Shown here piece after piece: positions 1 to 9,433 of a DNA stretch of 56,802 bases. Numbering within the stretch: position 1 is the first letter of the stretch; each line of letters starts with the position of its first letter. This stretch comes from Synechococcus sp. (GTDB lineage: Bacteria > Cyanobacteriota > Cyanobacteriia > Thermostichales > PCC-7336), in the NCBI GenBank assembly GCA_051439605.1, contig JBFRWN010000062.1, positions 1 through 56,802 of the forward strand, written 5' to 3'. The position numbers were made by a program, and so were the translations under genes. Below the pieces are notes generated by a model that did no database searches, was not told where the DNA came from, and saw only the letters and a program-made list of their open reading frames with translations.

Positions 1-1478
1 AACACGACTTGGTAGGTTATCGCTTGTGGGAGAGGAGCGTGCCAGAGTGATCTAAAGAGGTTGTGAGATTGTCTTCAAATGCTTCCGCTAGTTGGAATTC
101 CTCCCACGATTGCCGAAGGGATGCAGCCCTATCGCAAGGTCTTTTGCCGACAGGAGGGATTTGAGCACGTCAGGCACTATGTCAGTGGGCTACTGCTGTG
201 TCCAAATAAGACGCTGCAAGGGATATACGCCCAGCGGGTATTCGCCGAAGGGGACCGGGTCAGCCGACGAGCGATGCATGAAGCGTTGTTCGAAGCAGGG
301 TGGAACCGCGAAGAGCTAATGACTCTGCATCGAGAGGCAGTCTCGGGAAAGCATCGGGGCCAGGGACGAGAAGTGATTAGTTTGGATTGGACCTTGGCCC
401 ACCACGATCGCAGTCAGCAAATCTATGGGGCGAAGCGGGCCTACGATTATGTGGAAGGACGCATGAGCTGCTACCAGACGGTGGTGACTGCAGTGGTGGC
501 TAACCGAGAGCGTCTGGATGGAGTGGCTGTGGAAGTCCAGTATCCGAATTACGAAAAAGAAGAATTGGCCTATTTACAAATGACTGCCCAAGACAGTTAC
601 GAGCAAATGGAGCAGGTGCAGGAACGGCTGTTAGAACTGTTGCACTATCAAAAGAATCGTCTGGCCTATCGCAAGCGGACAGAGATGGCCGTCGAAATTG
701 TGCGTCAACTGGAAGGGGAGGGACATTTCCCTGAAGCTCATTATGCCTTTGACAATGGAGTGTTGTGTCGACCACTCACCCAATTAATCGAGCCGAGTGG
801 CAAGCATTGGGTCAGTGAGATTGAGTGCTCCCGTCACATTTTCTGGGAGCAACGGTGGCAACGGGTGGATGGAGTGGCTCAGGAGTTACGCACTCTTCAT
901 CCCGAAAGCTTTCGCCATTTGACTGTGCGCTGTCGCAATGGTGAGGAGAAAGAGTATTGGGCCTTTAGCAAATGCGTGCGTCTGAAAAAGTATGGCCGCA
1001 AGCGCCTCGTGATTGTCCACGAACAGGAGGATTTGAGTGATTCCCCACGGTTTCTGCTGACCGATGCCCGGCATTGGGAAGCTTCACGGGTGATTCAAAC
1101 TTGGAGCTATCGGTGGCCTGTTGAGGTCTTTCATGAGTTTGGCAAGCAACTGGTGGGACTGGAGTCGGCTCAGGTGCGTAAGGAGGAAGCGGTCAAACGC
1201 CACTTCTGTTTAAGTTGCGTAGCGCAGTCGTTGCTTCAGAACTCGCCTGCTGCGGGTGGAAAATCAGAAAGATTTAGCTTTGCTCAAGGAGCGCAAAGCG
1301 TGGGCCAAAAGCTTTACAGTCTCACGCGCGAAGCTCTCCAACAACTACTCGCCCTCGCACAGAAGCTCTTGACGCAGGGACGCTCAGCTGAACACATTTT
1401 GGAGGTGCTTATGCCTGCTTAAGTCTTTCACCACAATCATTACAGGACTTCACACCAAATACCCTTCCATGTCGTGTG
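1..1478 (+). mobile_element. Insertion sequence carrying the transposase; left end probably extends beyond the window and right end is uncertain
   Basis: 1-20 (aacacgacttggtaggttat) matches the reverse complement of 1459-1478 (cacacgacatggaagggtat) at 16/20 positions; no HIP1 seen inside. Confidence 0.7.
79..1422 (+). CDS. IS701/IS4-superfamily DDE transposase, intact ORF
   Basis: 447 aa; DDE-type motifs 'ISLDWT', 'YAFDNG' and the IS4-like YREK signature 'WSYRWPVEVFHEFGKQLVGL'. Confidence 0.88.
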   Translation: MLPLVGIPPTIAEGMQPYRKVFCRQEGFEHVRHYVSGLLLCPNKTLQGIYAQRVFAEGDRVSRRAMHEALFEAGWNREELMTLHREAVSGKHRGQGREVISLDWTLAHHDRSQQIYGAKRAYDYVEGRMSCYQTVVTAVVANRERLDGVAVEVQYPNYEKEELAYLQMTAQDSYEQMEQVQERLLELLHYQKNRLAYRKRTEMAVEIVRQLEGEGHFPEAHYAFDNGVLCRPLTQLIEPSGKHWVSEIECSRHIFWEQRWQRVDGVAQELRTLHPESFRHLTVRCRNGEEKEYWAFSKCVRLKKYGRKRLVIVHEQEDLSDSPRFLLTDARHWEASRVIQTWSYRWPVEVFHEFGKQLVGLESAQVRKEEAVKRHFCLSCVAQSLLQNSPAAGGKSERFSFAQGAQSVGQKLYSLTREALQQLLALAQKLLTQGRSAEHILEVLMPA

Positions 1479-1840
1479 ATCAACCTCCGGCATTTCTGCA
1501 AGAGATAAGTCACTACTTCACCATATGCTCTTAGTTCTCGCTGGTAGAGGGCTAGATTTGCTGTGCTTTGAAAAGAAGAATACAGACAGCAGGAACGAGA
1601 ACAACTGGCGAATCAGCTCGTTTGTGCCAGATTGAGTTCACAAGCTGGCTAGGAAAGTCGACAGTTCTGGTTGGTTATATCCAAAACCCGCAACCAGTTG
1701 AAGGAAAATCTAAGAACCTCACCAGCAGTCAATTGAGCATAGCTGAAACGCTTGCCTGCCCATCGGCCAGCCTGAATTTTCCTGCTAAGTCCTCTAGCTC
1801 TTAGCAAACATTGATTGTAGCCTCTGAGCTCATGTCTGAC

Positions 1841-1977
1841 TAAAGGAGGCAGCCGAAACCCTTGCCTTGTATAGGTTTGAGGCTTAAAGGAGTCAATATC
1901 AAACTAAAGGAAGCTATTAGGGGTGACAACTAAACCCCGTGATATAGATGGGATATAGGTCTAAAGGAGATAAAGGA
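1841..1977. repeat. Five direct copies of TAAAGGA
   Basis: Copies at 1841, 1885, 1905, 1962 and 1971. Confidence 0.7.
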
Positions 1978-2017
1978 GACGGTATTTTTAATATATTTTT
2001 CTATCTAACAGAGCCAA

Positions 2018-2037
2018 TTTAATCCAAATTTTAATCC
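2018..2037. repeat. TTTAATCC direct-repeat pair with 12-bp period; candidate integrase arm-type sites
   Basis: 2018-2025 and 2030-2037, about 50 bp beyond the tRNA 3' end. Confidence 0.5.
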
Positions 2038-2088
2038 GAGCGAATACAGGAAATGTCTTGAAGCCTTGACACTGCTTGTCTTTAGAAA

Positions 2089-2177
2089 CGGAGAGGGAGG
2101 GATTCGAACCCTCGATGGGATTTAAACCCCATAACTCCTTAGCAGGGAGCCGCTTTCAACCACTCAGCCACCTCTCC
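2089..2177 (-). tRNA. tRNA-Ser(GCT)
   Basis: Reverse complement GGAGAGGTGGCTGAGTGGTTGAAAGCGGCTCCCTGCTAAGGAG...GGTTCGAATCCCTCCCTCTCCG; long variable arm, G discriminator, CCA not encoded. Confidence 0.97.
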
Positions 2178-2300
2178 AAGGTTTTGTATTCGGATCTGGA
2201 CAGTGCAAATACCGCACTGGCTGTCCAATCATAGGCGATCGCGCAAACCTCAGCAAGCAAAATTTTGCGATCGCCCATCGAGTTTTTCAGACGCTACACC

Positions 2301-3827
2301 CTAAGCTCCCACAGCCTCCTTCGCCGCATACAGCACCTCCAAAGTAATGGACTCAATGCCATGCTCGCGGGCAAACTTCTCCGTGTTGCGCTTCACCTTG
2401 CCCCTCACAAATCCTGGAATGCGCTTCAGCTCGGTAGTGGCCTCCGCATCCCATTCCAACCCCGAGTCGGCAGTTAACGATTTCGTGACCACGTCCTTGG
2501 TGTCGTGCCCGCCAAAAATATCCAGCAGGTGATCCTCCATCCCTAGCGTGAAGGAGTTATACACCAAGTCCACCACCTGGTTGGCCCCTTCGTAGCCCAA
2601 GAAGGGTCGGTACCCCACCGGGAAGTTTTGCACGTGGATGGGGGCCGAAATCACCCCAGTGGGAATGTTGAGTCGCTTGCCCACGTGCCGCTCCATTTGG
2701 GTACCGAAGATGGCGGCGGGTTCCACCTTGGCGATCGCGTCCCCCACCCTGGAATGGTCATCGGTCATCAAAATCTCATCGCAGTATTCCCCCACCTCTC
2801 GACGGAACCAGTCCTCGTCGTAGGTGCAGTAGCTGCCCGCCCACACTACGTGAATTCCCATCTCGCGAGCTAGCACCTTGGTCATAGCCGCCGCATGGGT
2901 GGAATCCCCAAATACCACCGCTTTCTTACCCGTCAGGTTCTGGCAATCAATCGATTTCGAGAACCAAGCCGCCTGGGATACGTGCAGCGTCTGCTCCTCA
3001 ATAAACTCCTCGTAATCGACATTCACCCCTTGCGCTTGCAAAATCTGCTGGATGCTGCGGATAAACCGGGCCGTTTCCACCACCCCCAGGGGAGTGATGT
3101 CAACGTAAGGCGTGCCAAATTCTTTTTCTAGGTATTCTGCCGACAGCGGCCCTAACTCGCGGTAGGGGACTACGTTAAACCAAGCCTGTCCCAAATGCTT
3201 GAGGTCGTTGACCGAGGCGGCATCGGGCATCACGAGGTTGACCTCAATGCCTAAGTCACCCAGCAGCTTCTTCAACTCTGTCAAATCGTGATTGTTATGG
3301 AACGCCAGCTTGGAAATCCCCAGAATGTTGCAGGAGGGCCGCTCGGTTTTTCCCGCAGGCAAGTCCTCGTTCTTCTTGGCTTTCTCTACGTAAAACTGGA
3401 CGATTTGTGCCAGCGTGCGATCGGCGGCTTGCAGTTCGTTCACCCGATAGTGATTCACATCCGCCAGCAACACATCCCCCTTGCATTCCAACTGGGCACG
3501 AGCAACGAAGTTATTTAAGTCCTCCTGCAAAATACTGGAGGTACAGGTGGGGGTCAAAACAATAAGATCTGGGGTTTCTTCCGTATCTTTGCGGGTGATG
3601 TTGTTAATCACTTTGTCGCCAGATCCTCTAGCTAGGACATGGCGATCGACCACGCTGGCAGTGACGGGGGTAAAGTCTCGATTGCGCTCCAGCATGGAGC
3701 TCATCACGTTGAAATAATCGTCCCCCAGAGGAGCATGCATAATGCTGTGGACGTTTTTAAACGAACTGGCCACCCGCAACGTGCCGATATGGGCGGGGCC
3801 AGCGTACATCCAATAGGCTAATTTCAT
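2301..3827 (-). CDS. chlB: Light-independent protochlorophyllide reductase subunit B
   Basis: [16 protein letters not shown]-terminus, [12 protein letters not shown]-terminal PCP_red domain ([14 protein letters not shown]); start set at ATG 3827. Confidence 0.97.
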   Translation of the reverse strand: MKLAYWMYAGPAHIGTLRVASSFKNVHSIMHAPLGDDYFNVMSSMLERNRDFTPVTASVVDRHVLARGSGDKVINNITRKDTEETPDLIVLTPTCTSSILQEDLNNFVARAQLECKGDVLLADVNHYRVNELQAADRTLAQIVQFYVEKAKKNEDLPAGKTERPSCNILGISKLAFHNNHDLTELKKLLGDLGIEVNLVMPDAASVNDLKHLGQAWFNVVPYRELGPLSAEYLEKEFGTPYVDITPLGVVETARFIRSIQQILQAQGVNVDYEEFIEEQTLHVSQAAWFSKSIDCQNLTGKKAVVFGDSTHAAAMTKVLAREMGIHVVWAGSYCTYDEDWFRREVGEYCDEILMTDDHSRVGDAIAKVEPAAIFGTQMERHVGKRLNIPTGVISAPIHVQNFPVGYRPFLGYEGANQVVDLVYNSFTLGMEDHLLDIFGGHDTKDVVTKSLTADSGLEWDAEATTELKRIPGFVRGKVKRNTEKFAREHGIESITLEVLYAAKEAVGA

Positions 3828-4021
3828 AAATCCATCTGCCTCGCGGGGCATGCTTTGCTACTGTGGCGATCGCCAGCTCGCGTTGGGTTTCGCCTCTACC
3901 ATTTACAAGGGTTGCAATAGGCTCAGTCAATCGCTGTTAAAGCTTTGTAAGTTAAGGGTTTTAAACGTTTGCAACAACTCAATCCAAAAGTTTTTGCTTC
4001 GATCTAAGTTGATTGTTCTCT

Positions 4022-5062
4022 CTATGGACTGCCATTGTTCGTTTCTCTTGGATTTGTTGGGTTTTGGAAGTGTTGAAACCCCCTGTCCCGAACGAGAACA
4101 CCGACATCTTTCACCACAATGCGATCGCGTTCGGTAACCGTTCCAATCGCCCGCGCTTTAGGCACCTGACTAACGAATAGGTCTGCCGCCATAGGGGGCA
4201 AGCTCAATAACAGTTCAAAATCCTCCCCCCCGTAAAGCGCCCATTCCACAGCGCGATCGCTAAAGGACTCGATCAACCAAGGCTCCATCGGCAGTGCATC
4301 ACATTCTAGGGTTGCCCCAACCTCACTCATCGTGCACACCTGCACGATCGCATCTGCCAAACCATCGCTGGTGTCCATCCCGGCAATTCGTCCGCCGATA
4401 TCCCACGCCTGTTCTAGATAAGGCAGGAGATCGAGTCGGGGCTGTGGGTATTGGTGGGTGGCGATCGCCCGCTCCCGCACGGTTGCATCTAGCAACGCCC
4501 CCAATTCCGGATGCAGCAGCAGCTCCAATCCCGCTCGCGAACTGCCATGAGCACCGGTTGCAACCAAGATATCTCCCACTTGCGCCCGATCTCGCCGGAT
4601 TGCCCGCTGGGGATTCACATCCCCCAACGCTGTAATGGATAAAAATCGCTGCTGCGATCGACTTAAATCTCCCCCGACCAAGCCAGTTTCCCAAGGTTGA
4701 CAGCAGTCTGAAATGCCGCGATACAGCTCTTGGACCCACGCGATCGGCGTCTCGCTGGGCAGTCCCAACGCAATGACCAAACTCATGGGGGAAGCCCCCA
4801 TCGCCGCGAGGTCAGAGAGATTGGCTGCCGCCGCTCGCCAACCTACGGCATGAGGGGGGGTGGTGCGATCGCTAAAGTGTACGGACTCTACCAGCACATC
4901 GGTTGTGACCACCAAGTTGTTGTTGGGAGCGGGTAGCAACGCAGCATCATCGCCGACAGTCCCCGGCAAGCAATACTGCTGCACGATTTTGAGCAGACCG
5001 ACTTCTCCTAGATCTCGAACGGAGATCGCCTCTCGTTCGCTACTCAACGATCTAAGGACCAT
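4022..5062 (-). CDS. thiL: Thiamine-monophosphate kinase
   Basis: GDDAA, TTDVLVESVHF, NLSDLAAMGA, DTSDGL, GGEDFELL. Confidence 0.95.
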   Translation of the reverse strand: MVLRSLSSEREAISVRDLGEVGLLKIVQQYCLPGTVGDDAALLPAPNNNLVVTTDVLVESVHFSDRTTPPHAVGWRAAAANLSDLAAMGASPMSLVIALGLPSETPIAWVQELYRGISDCCQPWETGLVGGDLSRSQQRFLSITALGDVNPQRAIRRDRAQVGDILVATGAHGSSRAGLELLLHPELGALLDATVRERAIATHQYPQPRLDLLPYLEQAWDIGGRIAGMDTSDGLADAIVQVCTMSEVGATLECDALPMEPWLIESFSDRAVEWALYGGEDFELLLSLPPMAADLFVSQVPKARAIGTVTERDRIVVKDVGVLVRDRGFQHFQNPTNPRETNNGSP

Positions 5063-5325
5063 AAGGGACAGGGCTTGCCAGACTCAGCTGACATTGTGAA
5101 CTCGCAACGGCTCGTGAGCCATAGCAACCAATCTAATTCACCACAACCGGAATTCTTGTGATGTCCCACTCTGAGAACTCTCCCATCTGCAAATTTTCTG
5201 GAGATTTTCATGTGGCATAGCGTTCAAACGATTGGAGCACTATGCCAGTTCTTCTGTATGACCTTTTGAAGTGCGCTCTAGTTTTACCTGATTTTCGATC
5301 GGCTGATCACCTGATAATTCGAGAG

Positions 5326-5916
5326 CTAGTCGAGTTTCGCGGCCAGAATTTGGTCGACTGTTAATCTAAGCGATGGAAAAATCTGGGAGCGAATCGCTGT
5401 CGCTCCTGTAAAAATTGTGTCATCGTAGCGCCCTGCTTGGAGGTGGCAAATGGTGACCTGTTGCTGGAGGGGATCCGCAATCCAATACTCCGGAACTTCC
5501 AATACGCTGTATTCACTGTGCTTGGCACGATAGTCAGTAGATACGGTCGACTCGCTGACGACTTCTACGACCAGTAGTGGTGGTGGGTCTTGCAGTTCAA
5601 GAATGGCTTCTGTTATTCGCATTGCTTCCCATTGTTCAATTGGGAGCACCACCACGTCCGGAATGCGGGAGGTATCCCATCGGGTGCTACGAGGAGACCG
5701 AATTCCAATCCGCATATCCTTCGCTGTCCAAGGTTGGCCAGCCTGCTGTGCCGCTGCTTTAAATTGGTCATTGAGGAATTCAGCAATCGCACCGTGCAAT
5801 CCTGTCCCAATTCCCATTGCTACCAGTTCCCCATCTACCAGCTCGTAGCGATTGCCAGTACTGTCGTCATAAGCTAGGTATTCCTCGAAGGAGAATTTTC
5901 GGGTGGTGACGGTCAC
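5326..5916 (-). CDS. Uma2 family (DUF820) PD-(D/E)XK endonuclease
   Basis: RYELVDG, RIPDVVV, LVVEVVS, PEYWIADP. Confidence 0.92.
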   Translation of the reverse strand: MTVTTRKFSFEEYLAYDDSTGNRYELVDGELVAMGIGTGLHGAIAEFLNDQFKAAAQQAGQPWTAKDMRIGIRSPRSTRWDTSRIPDVVVLPIEQWEAMRITEAILELQDPPPLLVVEVVSESTVSTDYRAKHSEYSVLEVPEYWIADPLQQQVTICHLQAGRYDDTIFTGATAIRSQIFPSLRLTVDQILAAKLD

Positions 5917-6163
5917 GATGATGACCTCTGAATCAATAAAGATGTAAATCCAGTCTAGTGGAGAGAAAAATTGTTCACATGTTACTCATCCGAGAATGAG
6001 CCGTGTAGAGGGCATCGTTCAGATGGGTCAACGGTGAGGCAACACTTTGTGCCTAGGTCAGCTCGCGCAGGAACCTACCTGCTTTGGGTTTAACGCTTGG
6101 ATGATTCAGGGAAAGTGTTACCCTCCGATAACCCCTGCCGAATAATCAGTCGAGGGCAAGCCT

Positions 6164-7417
6164 CTAAACTGCGTTCAACAACTCGGGGTGCTTGTCCAAG
6201 TATTTTTGCACAGACACAAGGTCTTTGTCCCCCCGTCCCGAGCAGTTGAGAACAATGCGCCGATCGCTGCTCAGTTGAGGGGCAAGAGTTTCTAGATAGG
6301 CGATCGCGTGTGCAGTTTCTAATGCGGGAATAATCCCCTCCAGCTTGGACATGAGAAGCAAAGCCTTAACGGCCTCAACATCGGTGGCGCTGTAGTACTC
6401 CGCCCGACCAATATCTTTCAGATAGCTGTGTTCCGGGCCAACGCCAGGATAGTCCAAACCAGCACTAATGGAGTGGGCCTCTCGCACCTGGCCGTCCTCA
6501 TCCTGCAGCAAGTAACTCATAGCCCCGTGCAGGACACCCACCTGTCCGCGAGTCAGCGTTGCAGCGTGGTGATCGGTATCGGCTCCATCTCCAGCCGCTT
6601 CAATACCGATAATGCGGACAGACGAATCGTCGATAAACGCGTTGAACAACCCAATCGCATTCGAGCCACCCCCTACACAAGCCAGCAACACGTCTGGTAA
6701 TCCTCCCCACTTTTCCACACATTGCTGCTTGGCTTCTCGACCGATGCAGTCATGGAAATCTCTCACCATCATGGGATAGGGATGGGGACCGGCGACAGAA
6801 CCAATAATGTAATGGGTCGTTTCGACGTTGGTCACCCAATCGCGAATCGCTTCGGAGGTGGCTTCCTTCAGGGTTTTGGTCCCGGCATCCACCGCCCGCA
6901 CTTCTGCCCCCAATAGCTGCATTCGGGCAACGTTCGGAGCCTGGCGCTCCATATCCAGGCGGCCCATGTAGATGACGCATTCCAGGCCAAAACGCGCACA
7001 AACGGTGGCGGTAGCAACCCCATGCTGGCCAGCCCCTGTTTCCGCAATAATCCGCTTTTTGCCCATGCGAATCGCTAAGAGTGCCTGTGCCAAGGCGTTA
7101 TTAATCTTGTGGGCACCCGTGTGGTTCAGGTCTTCCCGCTTGAGATAAATTTGCGCGCCACTGTAATGCTGTGTCAGGCGCTCGGCAAAATACAGCGGGC
7201 TGGGGCGACCTACGTAATCTTTCAACAGCCCCTCTAATTCAGTCTGAAACTCGCTGTCGCTTTGGTATTTGTGAAACGCCTGCTCTAACTCCGTCAACGC
7301 ACTCATCAACGTTTCGGGCACGTACTTGCCGCCAAATTGACCGAAACGACCCAAAGCATCGGGACGGGCACCGAGGGTAGAGGCGGCTGCAGAAGGGGCG
7401 ATGGGAGTTTGGGTCAC
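6164..7417 (-). CDS. trpB: Tryptophan synthase beta subunit
   Basis: [37 protein letters not shown]. Confidence 0.98.
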   Translation of the reverse strand: MTQTPIAPSAAASTLGARPDALGRFGQFGGKYVPETLMSALTELEQAFHKYQSDSEFQTELEGLLKDYVGRPSPLYFAERLTQHYSGAQIYLKREDLNHTGAHKINNALAQALLAIRMGKKRIIAETGAGQHGVATATVCARFGLECVIYMGRLDMERQAPNVARMQLLGAEVRAVDAGTKTLKEATSEAIRDWVTNVETTHYIIGSVAGPHPYPMMVRDFHDCIGREAKQQCVEKWGGLPDVLLACVGGGSNAIGLFNAFIDDSSVRIIGIEAAGDGADTDHHAATLTRGQVGVLHGAMSYLLQDEDGQVREAHSISAGLDYPGVGPEHSYLKDIGRAEYYSATDVEAVKALLLMSKLEGIIPALETAHAIAYLETLAPQLSSDRRIVLNCSGRGDKDLVSVQKYLDKHPELLNAV

Positions 7418-7677
7418 AGTACCGAATTGTGCGAATGTTCCACCCGATTATAGACTTTGGCGATCGATTCGCATGCGGCTCCATTACCTTTGTCAGCACT
7501 AGTGAGAGGAAGTGGCACGTCCCGAGATGCAATCCTGAGGCAATAGGATTTTCCCAGTTGAAATGTCAGACTAGACAGTAGCCAGCTTTCTCTCGGGTCC
7601 TGATTTACGCCACCCTCCGATCGCCGCAGGAGTCCCGTCATCTTCATTCGCTCCATTGCCCATTCCCCTGACCGCTC

Positions 7678-9192
7678 ATGTCACGCTCTACCATTCAACC
7701 GGCCCGCATCAGTAGAGTCCTTACCGGGTCCATTGCTGAAGAATTGGGTTTCGAAGCGGGCGATCGCCTCCTGTCCGTCAACGGTCAAATCCTGCGGGAT
7801 CTGATCGATTATCAGTTCGCGATTGCCGACGAATACCTGACGCTAGAAGTCCTGGATGCCAGCAATACCCGTCACATCGTGGAGTTTGAAAAAGACTGGG
7901 ATGACGATCTCGGTCTCGAATTCGAAACCGCTCTCTTCGATGGCTTAATTCAGTGCAATAACGCCTGCCCCTTCTGCTTTATCGATCAGCAGCCCCCCGA
8001 AACCCGCGCCACCCTACACCTGAAAGATGATGACTATCGGCTCAGTTTCCTCTACGGCAGCTACCTCACCCTGACCAATCTCCCCGAAGCGGAATGGGAG
8101 CGGATAGCTCGCCTGCGATTATCGCCGCTGTACGTCTCCGTGCATGCCACCGAGCCAGAGGTGCGATCGCGATTGCTCAAAAACCCACGAGCGGGTCTGA
8201 TTCGCCAGCAATTACAGTGGTTCCAAGAACACGGGCTGCAAATTCACGCCCAAGTGGTGCTCTGTCCCGGCTGGAACGACGGGGAACACCTGACGCGTAC
8301 CCTGCTGGATTTGGCGTCATTTCACTTGCCTCAGCCCGAGATCGCGGCTGAGGCGAGTAATGCTGAAGCAGGCATTGAAACCGACGCAGGTGCAGATGAA
8401 TTTCACACACCGCTACCCACCGTACTCTCTACTGCAGTCGTGCCGGTGGGCCTGACCCGCTTCCGTCCCCCAGAGGACGAGATAACGCCGGTGAATCGGG
8501 AGCAGGCGATCGCCGTCATCGAACAGGTGGAAGCCATGCAGGCCCGCTTTCGGGTTGAGATGGGCACCACCTTTGCCTGGCTGGCGGACGAATGGTACCT
8601 GATTGCAGAACGGGAACTCCCCCCTGTCGAGCATTACGAAGACTATCCCCAACTGGCCAATGGCGTGGGCTCCATCCGCCAATTTCTGCAGGACTTTGAT
8701 GCCGCATCCATCGACCTCCCCCAGCGCTTAGAACGATCCGTTTCCGTGACTTGGGTGGTGGGCAATGCCGTCGGGCTGGCCTTTCAGCCCATTGTCGATC
8801 GCTTTAACGAAGTGGAAAACCTGGATTTTCGCATGGTGGCGATCGCCAGCCAGTTTTGGGGCCAGACGATGACCGTTACAGGACTGCTTACCGGTAACGA
8901 TATCCTGTCCGCTCTTAAGGCCCAAGATCGACCCTGTGGCGATATTTTGCTGCTACCCTCCGTTACCCTCAAAGACGGGGAGAAATTCTTGGATGACCTG
9001 ACAAAAGATGCCTTAGCGCAGGCACTTAACACCCGCATTGTCACTGTTGGTGGCGGGGTACGCGACCTTACCAACGCGGTGAATCGCTTTTACACGAACC
9101 AACAAGCGGCCCAAGCCATCCCGCAGAAACAAACGGAAGCCACCCCGGCACAGGATGGGGCAGCTACGCTTCCCAAGATGGAGGTGTGGTAG
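7678..9192 (+). CDS. TIGR03279-family radical SAM protein (PDZ-like N-terminus, DUF512)
   Basis: CNNACPFC, KDDDYRLSFLYGSY, VVPVGLT, YPQLANGVG. Confidence 0.9.
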   Translation: MSRSTIQPARISRVLTGSIAEELGFEAGDRLLSVNGQILRDLIDYQFAIADEYLTLEVLDASNTRHIVEFEKDWDDDLGLEFETALFDGLIQCNNACPFCFIDQQPPETRATLHLKDDDYRLSFLYGSYLTLTNLPEAEWERIARLRLSPLYVSVHATEPEVRSRLLKNPRAGLIRQQLQWFQEHGLQIHAQVVLCPGWNDGEHLTRTLLDLASFHLPQPEIAAEASNAEAGIETDAGADEFHTPLPTVLSTAVVPVGLTRFRPPEDEITPVNREQAIAVIEQVEAMQARFRVEMGTTFAWLADEWYLIAERELPPVEHYEDYPQLANGVGSIRQFLQDFDAASIDLPQRLERSVSVTWVVGNAVGLAFQPIVDRFNEVENLDFRMVAIASQFWGQTMTVTGLLTGNDILSALKAQDRPCGDILLLPSVTLKDGEKFLDDLTKDALAQALNTRIVTVGGGVRDLTNAVNRFYTNQQAAQAIPQKQTEATPAQDGAATLPKMEVW

Positions 9193-9433
9193 CAACCAAC
9201 TCCTCTCCACACTGCAGGTAAACCTTTCAGCCACTTGCGTCATCAGAAGGTAGAACAGGCACCTCTTACCTAATTAATCTTCAATACCAACAGCTCCTTA
9301 TAGACATAGACTGCACTGTTACAATCTAAAAACTGGTGGAAAGAAGGTTATCCCTTGCAGTGGCGAACCCAGGGCAATGTTTTGCCAGTCACCTGCATTA
9401 CCAGTCAGCTTTTTTTCGTTGAGCACTATCTAT

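Noticed and set aside
1568..1804. 78-aa ORF after the transposase
   Set aside because: TTG start, no recognisable motif, and it probably spans the IS boundary
5063..5325. TPP riboswitch upstream of thiL
   Set aside because: No GCTGAGA...CCTGA...AGGGA core seen; only a tggcatag/ctatgcca hairpin at about 5213-5248
5326..5916. Uma2 nuclease as an anti-phage system
   Set aside because: Uma2 paralogs are very common in cyanobacteria; no methylase or defence partner is adjacent
7414..7656. ORF or attenuator leader upstream of trpB
   Set aside because: No tandem Trp codons and no terminator/antiterminator pair; occupies a divergent promoter region
9193..9433. FMN riboswitch upstream of ribBA
   Set aside because: No RFN conserved core seen
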